A stretch of DNA of 64,000 nt from Marsupella aquatica (taxonomy: Eukaryota > Plantae > Marchantiophyta). Shown here piece by piece: positions 12,470 through 24,503 of this stretch; within the stretch, counting starts at the first letter, position 1; each line of letters begins with the position of its first letter. The notes beneath the pieces were generated by a model. The model searched no databases, was not told the origin of the DNA, and was given only the letters and a program-made list of their open reading frames with translations. The DNA is taken from positions 13,265,270 through 13,329,269 of the forward strand of contig OZ316892.1 of the NCBI GenBank assembly GCA_973895155.1. Direction: 5' to 3'. Both the position numbers and the translations under genes were made by a program.

Positions 12470-13000
12470 CTCGCGGCTGGGAATAGCCCCGGGATGGGTG
12501 ACCTCCTCGTGCTCACGGCCCGGAATAGCCCCGGGATGGGTGACCTTGACCTCGCGCCTGCCTGCGCTTGTGATGGGTGACTTCGCGCTCGCGATTGGGA
12601 GCACTTTCGGGATGGGTGACCTCACGTGTCGCCTCGCGCGAGCACTTTCAGGATGGGTGACCTCGTGCGCCTCACACCTGACCCCAAAAATGACTACTTC
12701 CTTCACAAAAAGCTCCCGAAAACTGTCGATTTCCTTCATGAAAAACGTAGCCCTTCCACAGAATTGGCAGCAGCTTGATTCAACACCTTTGACCCACGTT
12801 TCTTTCACTGAAACGATGATATCGTTGCACGGGGCATTGGCAACTCTGTTTCTTCAGGAAAAGAGTCGTGGCTTTACCTGCGCCTTGCCAACATCGTCCA
12901 ACAATAGCCGGCAATCAGATCTGAAGCCCCACGGTAGCCGACAATCAGATCTGAAGCCTCACAGTAGCCGGAAATCGGATCTGAAGCCTCACGGATCGAC
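12470..13000. repeat. Short degenerate tandem repeats in the gypsy 5' leader
   Basis: About 5 copies of GATGGGTGAC(C/T)T (12490-12665) and three 30-bp units AGCCG.CAATC.GATCTGAAGCC.CAC (12905-12995); CpG-rich. Confidence 0.7.
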
Positions 13001-13293
13001 TTCCACTGTCTAACATCTATTCAACATTCGCTTTCCTCCACGAATCATCAATCAACCTCCAACTCAAAACCTGTCACCAATCACAGATCTGTACATCGAT
13101 CGGGAAGCAGGTCGATCGGACAATAACGATACAGGTCAAGATACCAACGATCTGTTCGATAACAACACACGATCCGAGCTACCACGAACCGTCGACAACT
13201 CAATCAATCGAACTTCTGTCCGCACAGTCCATACAACAGATTTTGAATGTGATCTTTCAATGTAATCTCCATACAATCGGCACAACGATCCCG

Positions 13294-13931
13294 GGCCTCA
13301 TTCACAATTGGAGGACCCAAAAGGAACGTCACACTCAAAAGTGACCATAGTTTATTATGCTTTAGGATATCATTTTTAGGGTGTAATGAGATGATATAGA
13401 AAATTTGATGTACTATACTTAATAAACATCCTATAGGTTGGTAACATTCATTAAACTATTTAGCATTTGAGACTTTGAAGTTTTCCTTATATGTCCTTCA
13501 AAGATTGATAAAATGACTTGTCACGCAACGGGTCACATCATTTCAGGACTCAAAAGGACTCTAAAAAATGCATTTTAGACAATGAAATTTTACCAAAGCA
13601 TGCATACTAATAGCATAATCTTATATTTCAAAACTTAAATAGTGACACACACTAAACCTTTATGTACAGGACAAAAATAATCAGTAATTTTGGCTTATTT
13701 AGGGCCATCAATAATAGGATCCCTTAAAATAGTTGAAAACTTGATGTATCTACATGGTGAGGTAGGTTACACCATGTAAAATAGTCTTGTGAAAAAATTA
13801 GACTTAAATGTCCTGAGATAAAATCATGATGAACCTTTTTTCATGTTACGAAAGTCATTTTTCACTAAAAAAGCATGTTTTTGAGTCCTGAAAGTGGTTC
13901 CTGCGAGGTACACCCAATTGTGAATGAGGCC
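13294..13931. mobile_element. Non-autonomous DNA transposon (638 bp) inserted in the 5' B repeat
   Basis: Perfect 18-bp TIR GGCCTCATTCACAATTGG; CCCG on both sides (TSD length ambiguous, 2-4 bp); absent from the other B copy. Confidence 0.85.
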
Positions 13932-16695
13932 CCCGATCAACAATACCCCATCGATCCCGCACCGATCCGATCACACACGTATGTCAAGCCAACGCACCTT
14001 GCACTACTCAAGGAATCCACGTTACACAAGCGGAGCTCACAGCCACCATAGCCACTCAAGCTCCTCTCTCTCCAAGGCTCAACATTGAAAGATGACCTTT
14101 CAATGCCTCACAAGTGAGAAGTACCCTCTCACACAAACCTGACGGAACCTTGTCGGCTCCAATAGCACTCATACCAAACGTACATACTCTAATAGCACGA
14201 TATACTACTACACTACTCAGAATGGTGTGACAGACATGTGTGGACACGAGTTCCACTTGTTCTTCATTCTCTTATGTATGTGTGATGTATTGTGCTTAGT
14301 TGTGGATGTATGTGACAAGTGATGTATGTTGTGTAGCAATATGTATGTGCACGACAACACCTTGGAGCCCATTGAAAATTGGCCTTCAAAGAGAATTGGT
14401 ATCCCCGCCTTTACACCACAATTTCCTTTGAAGATTTTACACTCCCTCTCCTTCACAATTTAACCCTGTTCCTTTGGAGGGTGTCCACAATTATTTCCTT
14501 ACAAAAAGAAGAGGACAGATGAGGTAGGGCTTGGTAAGGGGCTTGATCTTCCAAAACAGCTATTTCCTTTATGTGTAATCTTTTATGCACTTTTGCTAGT
14601 AGGTGAGGTTGATTGCAAATTTTACACATAGATTGTAAAAAAGTTTTAGTGATTATTTGCCAAAATCAACAGTCCAAATCTGACCAAAAATATATCTAAT
14701 GGTCATAATCCCGGTCATAATGTAACCATATAGTTCTTTTTGCTACTCAGGGGCTTGTCAACGCACCATAAATGCTACCTGCCCAAAATACAAGAGGGAA
14801 CCTGGCCACCAACAAGGCATGTCTCTGTCTCTCCCTTGCAATAGTCATCCCATCCCACCTTCAATTACCACCAATGTAAATAAATTAGGCCACCTTCTAA
14901 GATGAAGGTTGCCTATACCGGTGATGGTGCCATTTGCAAAGAGAAGATTCATTGGTCTCAAAGACCACTCTCAACTACATCCCAACTCTCACTTGTGTAT
15001 GATGTACAAACTTTGTTATACTTGGCAAGTGGAATAACACACTCTGAAGGACAGGCTGGTGGTAAAAAAATGTGAAACAGTTGTTTGTCCCTGCTGCACT
15101 ATTGGCAGTTGCAAGGACCCCAAAGTGCATGCTATAATTGGTCAGCAAGGATGATGACATGGATAAGACACCCCAACTTGTGGTAGTAAGAAATAACCTC
15201 TATAAATATGATCAGCTCAGTCTCCCTCCTTCTGAGTCTTTTCTGCAAAGGCGTGGGAAAGCGTTGGGTGAGCCCGTGTGTTTGTTTATGGTCCATCTTT
15301 GTTAGGGTCGTGCTTGGCAGGGTCATGGTTGGGAGATGGGTTAGGTGTGAGCGGGGTGAATAAACCTCCACTTCATTTTGCATTTATAAAAGTGATTTTG
15401 CACATGTGCCGTGATAGGTCAACTTGTTTGTAACAAAGAAGTTGGAGCTCCTGCATGTCAACTTTACAAGGTTGTCTGCAAGGTGAGTGCATCATCAAAG
15501 TTGGGCTCTAAGGTTTGGTTGCTTGCTTGTGAATATACAAACGCTAGTCAAAGGGGGGAGGGTGGAGGGCAGAGTATTTTTAAAGTGCAAAATTTAGCTA
15601 AATTCCCCGCTAAATTCCACCTCCCCATAAAATGTTTGCCACTTTTGGCTAATATTTGCTAGATTTTTTTAACACCATTAGCCACTCTTCCACCAAATCA
15701 TGGACCCCATTAGCCAGAATCTAACAGTTCTCTTTAAATCTAGGGATATCTGATGGTCATGATTTAATTCAGTAAAATCTGTTAGAGAATATTCCTAGAA
15801 TCTACTCCCTAAGAGTAGCAAACATTTGCCGCACTGGCTAAAAATAAAAAAACCTTAAAAAATATGCTGGTGGAGGGGCCCCTCAAGTCTCTTTCCAAGG
15901 AAGAGGACCAGCCATATTTTTGTGGGCAAAAATTTGCCAAACATTTCCCTTGAAAAATAGGCAGGCCAATGATACTTGTGCTAAAATGGTGCACCAAATG
16001 CACTAAGGAGAGCATTAGCCAGAAGTACTATACAATGGTCAGAAAGTACTCCATAACCAGACCTATGCATGTCTTCAGAGTAAAGTAGTCCTCGTCTTGG
16101 CAAATGTTTAGAACCCACAAAAATGGCCAAAGGGGACTGTTATATTTGGTATGGAATAAAGGTTACCAAGCCTATTTCCATAATCTCTGCCTGAAAATCA
16201 TGATAGTACTTTTTTCCAGACCATATTTATGTACTACATTGGGGTCTGGATTGGGGTCATTCCCAGAATACTTAGAAAAGCTGCCTATTCCAGACTAGGC
16301 CATGCTCCCAGAATACCTAGACAGATTCCTAATGGCCTTAGATCAGCCTTTTTCCACTTTCTGCTTGGAGGGGTGGAGCCTTCTAACCCTGTGCCCTGAC
16401 CCTCATCTACAACTATAATAAGGGATTATGTTTTTTTTAGTCCTTACGAAAAAGGTCCTAGGTGGGAAAGATCCACAACAGTTGAATTAGATAGTTGAAT
16501 TAGATTAGCTATTTTTCGTGACCTTCCATGAGAAGATGTGCACCCCTAGCACATATGTACTTCCCGTTGCCCCATAAATGCCCCAGCTTTACTCCGTGAG
16601 GGGCGGCCCTCCTTGCAAGGCACGGACATAGGGCTCCTTATCTTCCATAAGTCAAGTGCCTTTTTCCCTAGCGGAGTCCCATAAGTCTTTTGGTG

Positions 16696-16767
16696 GGCCA
16701 GTTTCATCAATAATCCATAGCTCTGGCCAAGTTTCATCAATAATCCATAGCTCTGGCCAAGTTTCAA
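16696..16767. repeat. 30-bp tandem duplication
   Basis: GTTTCATCAATAATCCATAGCTCTGGCCAA twice plus a partial copy. Confidence 0.8.
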
Positions 16768-17559
16768 GGAGCGTGTATTGACGTGAGCCCATATCGTATA
16801 CAGGTGGCGTGAGCGATTCCACGTCCCCAAGTGATGACCGCGGAGACCTCCAACAGGCAGTCCTACCCTACCCGCAACCCCCAGTGCCCACCCCACCCCA
16901 CCCCACCCCAACCCAACGCAACACTACACCACACTACACTATACTGTACTGTACTCTCCATGTCGTGACATTAATTAATGAAAGAAATGCCAAAGCGGAT
17001 TCGAAGAAACGTTTGGACTCTGAAGAGCCTTTGGCTTTGGCTGTGGCAGTGTGTGCTGTACAATTTCGGAGCGAATAGGTGGTGTTCGAAGATTCTACGA
17101 CGAGGCAAGACAGGAAGGATTGATTATTTATTTCGACGTCTTGCCGTCCAGGCCAAGGCAGGTCAAGATTGGAATGAATGAATGGAACGGAATGGAATGG
17201 GATGTTGCTCGAACCTTAGTAGTGGTAGAAAGGGAGACGAAGACAGATTAGATTGGAGTGGAGTGGAGTGGAGCGGCGGAGGGAGGGGAGGGTTGACGAG
17301 ATAAACGGACAGCGAACGGGTGGAGGAAGAAGCTTGGAGATGGAGAGCGCAGATGTGGAAGAGGAGGAAATTGACTAGCAACGACGCACGAGTGGGAGAG
17401 AAGCAAATTCCACTCGGGAGTTACAATCCGAGAAATCCGAGAGAGCTAGGGAGGGAGAGAGGGAGAGAGGGAGAGAGCAGAGAGCTTAGCGAGAGGAGAG
17501 AGTGGTGAGCGGTGCTGCGTTGCTCTGCTCTGGAGTAGATTACACTACGGTGAGATTTC

Positions 17560-20500
17560 ATGGCGAGTAGGGCGTCATTTTTGAGTGCAGAAGCTGCGAC
17601 ATCGTCTGTCACTTTCGGCAACGGGAGTGGTGATCATGGCTCGGTTGGTGCTCGAAGTGTTGGGCGTCGCCGGGGTGGGGCTGGGGGCGGACGAGTTCGG
17701 TCCAGTGCGCGGCCGACGTCTAGTGAGAACCACGGTGGTCAAGAGCAGCCATGGGCTTCCTCAACCCCGCGGCCGCTGCAGCAAAGGCTGACTTCTGTGT
17801 GGCCATCTTCGGCAGCAGGTACAGGAAAAGCCCATGGGAATTGCAGCACTCGGACCAGCGTCGGGGCGGGGGCAAAGGTCTGTGCGCGGGGACCCCCGGG
17901 CAGTGGGAGTACTCTGGACGGTGGTGTCGGGAATCTAAGCGCTGAATTTAGCGGGCGTAGGTCCACTCGTCTCGTTACCAAGTTTCATCATGGACGTCAA
18001 AAGCTTTACATGGGGAAACACAGTCCGGAAGCTGACTTGTTAGCGGAGGCGATACTCAACGCAGAATCTGTTGTCGTTGTGGATGAAGTACTCGACCACT
18101 GGTCTGAGAAATTGGTGTGCGTCGAAGATTTTCCATACTTGCTACGCGAGCTCGGAAACTGGGGGGCGTGGGATAAGGCCTTGGGAAGTTTTGAATGGAT
18201 GTTGAGGCAGCCGCGGCTCTGCAGTGAGTGGAGTAAGCTGTCAAGCATTATGATTAGCACCCTGGGCCGGCTAGGAAAGGTGGACTTAGCGCAGGATGTC
18301 TTCAATAAGGCCCATCTTGCTGGATTCGGTGACAACGTCTATGCGTTCTCCGCCCTTGTTAGCGCGTATGGACGCAGTGGTAGATGCAAAGAAGCGCTTG
18401 AAGTGTTCGAGTCTATGAAGAAATCTGGCTGCAAACCGAACCTCATCACTTACAATACGATTATTGATGCGTGTGGGAAGGGAGGTGTCGACTTGAGAAA
18501 GGCGCTTGAAATCTTCGACGAAATGCACAGAGAAGGGGTTGAACCAGATCGAATTACGTTCAATTCCTTGATTGCTGTGTGTAGTCGAGGAAGTCTGTGG
18601 GAAGAGTCTCAGAGAGTATTCGCTGAAATGCAGCGCAGAGGTATTGAACAAGATATCTTTACTTACAACACGTTGATAGACGCTGTGTGCAAGGGTGGCC
18701 AAATGAAACTAGCAGCTTCTGTGGTAGCAGCCATGCGGGATAAGTCTATCAGCCCCAATGTCGTTACATATAGCACCATGATCGATGGTTATGGGAAAGT
18801 GGGGTGTTTCGATCAAGCAATTCATCTGCACCACGAAATGAAGGAAGCCAATATTCATCCTGACCGCGTTTCCTACAACACCTTGGTCGACATATATGCG
18901 AAACTTGGCAGATTTGAAGACGCTCTCGGCACTTGTAACGAAATGGAGAAGGCCGGATGGAAAACTGATGTGGTGACCTACAATGCTCTCATTGATTCTT
19001 ACGGGAAACATGGCAAGTACAAGGAAGCGGCCTCGTTGTTTGAAAGGATGAGAAAGGAAGGCATTGTACCGAATGTGCTCACTTATTCCACAATGATCGA
19101 TGCCTATGCAAAAGGAGGGCTGCACAAAGAAGCCAACGAGATTTTCCAGCAGTTTAAAAAGGCTGGGTTGCAACCAGATGTTGTGCTTTACAGCGCATTG
19201 ATTGACTCCTATTTCAAGAGCGGGTTGGTTGGTGAGGCACTGGCTCTGTTGGACGAGATGCTGAAACAGGGCATTCAACCCAACATAGTCACATACAACT
19301 CGCTCATTGATGCATGCGGTCGACGTAGTGACCAGGTACGAGTTTGATTGCTTTTATTAAGCTAGAACGCTAAAATTTGGAGACATGCGGTACATTAGGA
19401 GCTATGAGTGGAGGTAGATATATCTCCGAAAATGAGCTGAGCCAGATTGCGAAACGCTGATCGGATTCAACCACTGATTCGGAGGCTTAACAGTGGTGGT
19501 CGTCAACTGCGCGTAGTCTCTCATTTAATGTATTTTGGGACGTATGCAGATGTTCGTTAAGGTCATCAGCTTATCTTGTCAGTTTAATGAGTCTTATTTT
19601 CTTTCTGTTCCACAGAAGGACGACGTATCGAAGCTAGTGAAGACCGTCCATGATGGATTTGGCTGTCGGGATTCGATAAGCGATACCCAGAGAGCAGGGA
19701 AAGTAACTTCAGCAATTCAACCAACAAATGAGGTGGTTGTAAAATATAAACCTTCGCGCGAGGATATGGGCGCAGATGTTAGCTTCAATCACCGCAAACA
19801 AGGGAACGTTATGGCAGCTGTAAAGATTTTTCATGAGATGCAGGAATCGGGACTGAAGCCGAACGTAGTGACCTTCTCTGCTATACTCAATGCTTGCAGG
19901 TTCGTATTCACAATACTGTGGGACTAGTAACTGCTGGATATTCAAAGCAAATTTATCACTTCGTTTTCTTCGTTCTAGAATGGTGCCTCTTCCTCTGGCT
20001 ACCAGTCGTATCCCCGGTTTTAGTTCCGTCCGTCCAAGGCGCGGGGTCTAGGGCCACAAAGCTATGACAGACATGTTAGACTAAGAAAGATATTCTCTAT
20101 GCTTGTAAACGTCTCAGTACTACGAAGATGAAAGTGGTCTTCGGCTTTTAAACCTAGATTCTCAAGTCCTGGACGTTACGTTCACTCAAGTGAATCTGAC
20201 TCCGCGTTGAATTGTCAGTGGACAGGTCTTTGCACTCCATCTCCCCTAATGGTTTTACCTGCATTGTTCGAAAATTAGCGAGCTCGTTGTGCAACTTACA
20301 GGCATGCTATTAGCTAGTTACATTGGGGAAGTTGCGACATTGCAGTGAATTTTGAGATTCTGTCTGCCAATTTCTCTCACTGACGTGTGGACTATCTGCA
20401 GTCGGTGTGCGTCATTTGAAGAAGCGTCTGTACTTTTGGAGAAGATGAGAAGTTTCGACAGCAGAGTCTACGGTGTGGCTCATGGGTTATTAATGGGATC

Positions 20501-21459
20501 ATGGGAGCTTGTTTCGGGAGAGGCTGAGATACTATTCAATCAAATATCGTACATGGATTACGCAACAGCAGCAGCTTTCTACAATGCTTTAACTGATGTG
20601 CTATGGCATTTTGGTCAGGTAGACTTCTGCTTTTTGTGTATTGGTAGCGGGAACTCTTGGATCACCTTTATAATCTACTGGCATACGAGTAGCTCTGAAG
20701 TATTTGCCGCGTGCGTAGCTTAGAGTAACGACTCCACACGAAAACCTTATTGCGCTGTTTTAGACACCAAACATCCCTGTTAATTGTGCGTTGACTCACT
20801 TCGTTTGTTCTTGAACTCCTGCCAGAGATTGGGAGCACAAACAGTCGTGGTGGAAGCTAAGCGACGAAGAGTATGGGAAAATGCGTGGTGGAGGTCAGAT
20901 GAGCAGTTTTGCCTTGATCTGCACCTTATGTCCGTGGGTGCTGCCCAGGCCATGCTTCATGTCTGGCTTCTAGATATTAGGGCCTTGGTGTGGGAAGGAC
21001 ATGAGCTACCCCGATATTTAAGGTACGCAGACATGTCTTGTTTGTCATTTTCTTTTGGTATTCATGTAAAGAACTCTCTGGCGTGAAGTTTCTTGCGCTG
21101 TCGTGTTCCTGGGCTTTTATGCAGCAAAAACATAGAATGCTCTGCTGACTGTTCTAAGCGAGACTGGCCTCCTGATTTGCAGCATTTTGACGGGATGGGG
21201 GAAGCACAGCAAAGTGGCTGGTGCCAGTGCTGTCAAAAAAGCTGTAAAAACTCGCCTCTTAGAGATAGGGGCACCTTTTCAGGTCGCCAAATACAATGAG
21301 GGGCGGCTCATCTCTGCAGGCCGTGGTGTGCATGCATGGCTGAGGGACTTGAGGACCCTGCCACTACTTTTATTACATGATTTGCGGGTTGTTCCGTCAC
21401 CGAAAATAGCGGAACCTGTTCCCGGTGTACAATTTTTGTCTTTAGGAGCGTGCGTATAG
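17560..21459 (+). CDS. GUN1: GUN1-type plastid PPR-SMR protein; exons 17560-19335, 19616-19899, 20402-20618, 20826-21022, 21183-21459
   Basis: Ser/Arg-rich transit-like N-terminus and about 10 P-type PPR repeats, then [36 protein letters not shown] and SMR motifs [20 protein letters not shown] and [12 protein letters not shown]. All four introns are GT-AG and in phase. Confidence 0.92.
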
Positions 21460-22424
21460 ATGTGTAGGCAACACAGAATGTTTTAGAAGGGCACCCAGTA
21501 TGACTCTAGCTTGTAGAGACCAAGAAAGTGGGCATCCCGAAACACAGTTCGGTGACCGGTTCTATGAGCAAGATATTAGATGCCCATTGTGATTTTACTT
21601 CAATTTTGGAGATTGTGGTGGTTGGGGGTTTTGGGCAGTGTGGGTTGTGGAGATCCACTAACTGGGCAGATCAGTGGACACATAAATCTTCATAGCTCGC
21701 TCCATACGAAGTTTTTGAACTAGCTGCAGGATGTCTACACCAAGTCGTTGTGGACGAAACTGTTTCCTTGCGATGCCTTTCTGCAGGGCAGGGAAAGCCT
21801 TGCCTTTGACCATGGAACAGGTGAACAAGGGACGGAAAGATGTCGAGAGGTCTTGCATCCATGTACAGTAATGCATGAAGTTCACAGGCTAGAAGACTTT
21901 ACACCTACCTTCATTAAATAAGTTACTTGTAGAGCCTAGAATTTTTCTCTGAAGTGTGACCCCTTGAATTGCGAACACCGTTGCGCCGTTAGTGGGTTAG
22001 ATATTTGAGCGAGTGAATCCCTTCACGAGAAAATCCAAATGAGAAGAAACTAGGGATTAGATTTGCGACTCAACTCCCTACTGCTTTCTCTGTCAGGGAA
22101 GGATGACACAATTCACCAGTTCACATGTTGATGGATTGGATGTTAAGCTTTTGTGGAGATTTGGAGTTTCCTTCTCTTAGATTCCCTCTTTTCTAAGACA
22201 ACTACAGAAGAGGCAAATTTTGTCCTATCTTATGACGGCACCAATGGATTTCGTTAAGACCCTTAAGAGTTACGAGATTGTAATACCCGAAACCAATAAC
22301 AGTCCAATAGCAGTGACGTAGGCCGGTCTCTGAGAGCTTTGATGTAAAGCCTTGTCTTTCTTGCTCAGCCAATGTTGAGAAGATGAGAGATGTAACAGTT
22401 TCTTTGACAGAAAAACTGGAGTAA

Positions 22425-22544
22425 TACATGATTATTTTACGAAAAACTTGGGTGACCTCAAGTATGTCTTTTGGAGGACATCGCTACATGATTATTTTAC
22501 GAAAAACTTGGGTGACCTCAAGTATGTCTTTTGGAGGACATCGC
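22425..22544. repeat. Perfect 60-bp tandem duplication
   Basis: TACATGATTATTTTACGAAAAACTTGG...GGACATCGC twice. Confidence 0.9.
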
Positions 22545-24353
22545 ACAGATTTGGAAGTGGTATGTGGACCCTAAACAGAAAACTTGAGTCACAACTGTAT
22601 ATTTGATCCTGAGTACCCTCTTTGTCTCCTGATTTTAAAGAGCAAAATTGTATCGGTACATCATATCATCTTTTCCTCTTCCTAACTATGCCAAGATTCC
22701 AGAAGGATTTGTAGTTGCAGTTGGCTGTACAAGCAAGCTATGCACCACTTGGGTACGAGAATGTTCTAATACAAACTAATACTCGCATGACTTTATTGGG
22801 TCTTTCTTTTTTGAAATGTCTTTATTGGGTCTTTCGCCCTGGGAATCCTGTCTCCCAGTTGGGCGTTTTTGTTCTCTGGCAGGCTCAATATATATCTACT
22901 TGCACTAATGAACAAGAGTACTAAGCCTCATTTTCCACTAGCACCCTTTTCCTCGCTGTTCTCCTCTTCTTGCAAAGAGGGCGAGACAGCGGAAGTGTAC
23001 TGTTGTAGGAGCTGTACAGTTTAGATGCACTGCCCTCCTTAGCAAGAACGTTTACTTAAGATGTACCTTCCGTTGCAAGAATGGGGTAGAGGGTGAAAGG
23101 AAAGACACCCTGTGGTGAGGGACCGAACCAAACCAAACCAATTCCAGTACCTGGAATGGAGTGAAGACATGAGAAGTCAGAAATGTGAACCAAATACTTA
23201 TATGGGAATAAATAGAATTTGGATGCGAAAGTAGTCCAGCATCTATTATGCATACCTGAATTTTTCAGTTGTGATAGCAAATGCAAAGTGTTATAATAAA
23301 ATCTGTGATTCCCGTCCAAACCTTTAAACTCAGATGTATCCCAACATACTTTCAGATGGGATTCCACCCTATCCCCTACTTACACATATTCATGAAAATA
23401 CTGGCCTCCTTCTTGCGATGTAGATGATAAGTTACAGCACTCATTAAGTAGCTTGGGGCTTTTAAGAAAACAAAATCCTTCTTAGAATACATAAAAATGC
23501 TCCCATAGCATCTAGTTTATCCAACATAACCTATATGGGATCACGTACAATGGAGAGTACGAACACATGGAAAAGATACTCTACGTGTATATGAATAGCA
23601 TTTATTCAAGGAGTTTATTGGAACATTTGTAAGACTGTCTGAGGTTAGAGAAAGCCCATCAGAGCATTTGGACAATCCTAATGCCACGTGCACTGACTTA
23701 TTTTTGTAAAGAGTTGCAAGTATGACTTGCAACGAGGAATATTGCCCCGGACCAAAAATATGAGGTCACAATACACTAAACAATATGGTCTGTGAAAATG
23801 GTTGACAATAGGGTCGACAATATTGTCTACAATAATAGTGTGCACATTTGTTTAGGGCCATTTTTGGTCCCCATCACAAATCAGAGCTAAAGTTTTCAGC
23901 CAACGATCATCTACTCTTACTGAGGAAGTCTTGTACAGAGTGATTATCATCCACCCTGAGGGCTTGCATATCTGGACCACCCCTCAACCTCAAATGGAAT
24001 TAGGGTGTGTCAAAGCACTGCCATAAGAATGGTCTTATGGCTAATAATGCATGTCAAAACAGTGCCCTTGGTGAGATATGGTCAAGGACATAAAATGGAG
24101 TTATGGCCAGGACAAAATCCTTTTGGGCTACCCATAAACATGCCCCATAAGGATCAAAGGTACAAAAAAGTCACATCCATAACATCCACTGCCTGTATCA
24201 CACATCAAAATGTGGTAATATATGGCATGCACTCACAGATTTAAAGAAAACAACAAGGATTAATCATGGTATGGAACAACATCCTACACCATATATGTCA
24301 TATTTTGATATGCAGTTCGCGGACCCCATAATATTTGTTCTTGTTATGAGTGT

Positions 24354-24503
24354 GCTTTTGACATGCCCTATTGGCATACCTCCAAGAAACATCCACAAAC
24401 TGGGCTTTTGACATGCCCTATTGGCATACCTCCAAGAAACATCCACATACTGGGCTTTTGACATGCCCTATTGGCATAACTCAAAGAAACATCCACAAAC
24501 TGA
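24354..24503. repeat. 50-bp tandem repeat, three copies
   Basis: GCTTTTGACATGCCCTATTGGCATACCTCCAAGAAACATCCACAAACTGG units. Confidence 0.9.

Larger units (their letters stand above)
4085..14232 (-). mobile_element. Ty3/gypsy-type retrotransposon encoding gag-PR-DNMT-RT-RNaseH-INT-PHD, with split direct repeats; defective copy
   Basis: Sense termini TGTCACAC...GCACGACA; TSD GACA at 4081-4084 and 14233-14236. Repeats A 4085-4222 and 4552-4689; repeats B 4223-4549 and 13264-14232 (the latter with a MITE). Gypsy domain order RT-RH-INT. Many premature stops. Confidence 0.92.
3745..14356 (+). repeat. Older solo repeat unit (B-A) of the same retroelement family, split into 3745-4084 and 14233-14356 by the younger element
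   Basis: 3745-4084 is a diverged reverse complement of about 4206-4549; 14233-14356 is a diverged reverse complement of A. Termini TATCAC...CACGACA; 4-bp TSD ACAC at 3741-3744 and 14357-14360. Confidence 0.8.

Noticed and set aside
12350-13013. 152-aa and 193-aa ORFs in the gypsy leader as an extra gene
   Set aside because: They arise from GC-rich tandem repeats, use non-ATG or weak starts, and show no domain.
4085-14232. Classifying the split-repeat element as DIRS/Ngaro/PAT
   Set aside because: No tyrosine recombinase is visible; it encodes a protease and an rve DDE integrase and has a TSD.
14739-15821. Short inverted match TTTGCTACTC / GAGTAGCAAA around Cys/His-containing ORF scraps
   Set aside because: No TSD and no convincing transposase motif; possibly the ends of unrelated decayed elements.
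16870-17280. Drifting pentamer runs (CCCCA, CACTA, CTGTA, GGAAT, GGAGT) upstream of GUN1
   Set aside because: Ordinary short microsatellites in a promoter or 5' UTR; no further structure.
17585-19278. Antisense and alternate-frame ORFs over GUN1 (and similarly over NUDT19 and the pol genes)
   Set aside because: Shadow ORFs of real coding sequence with no independent motifs.
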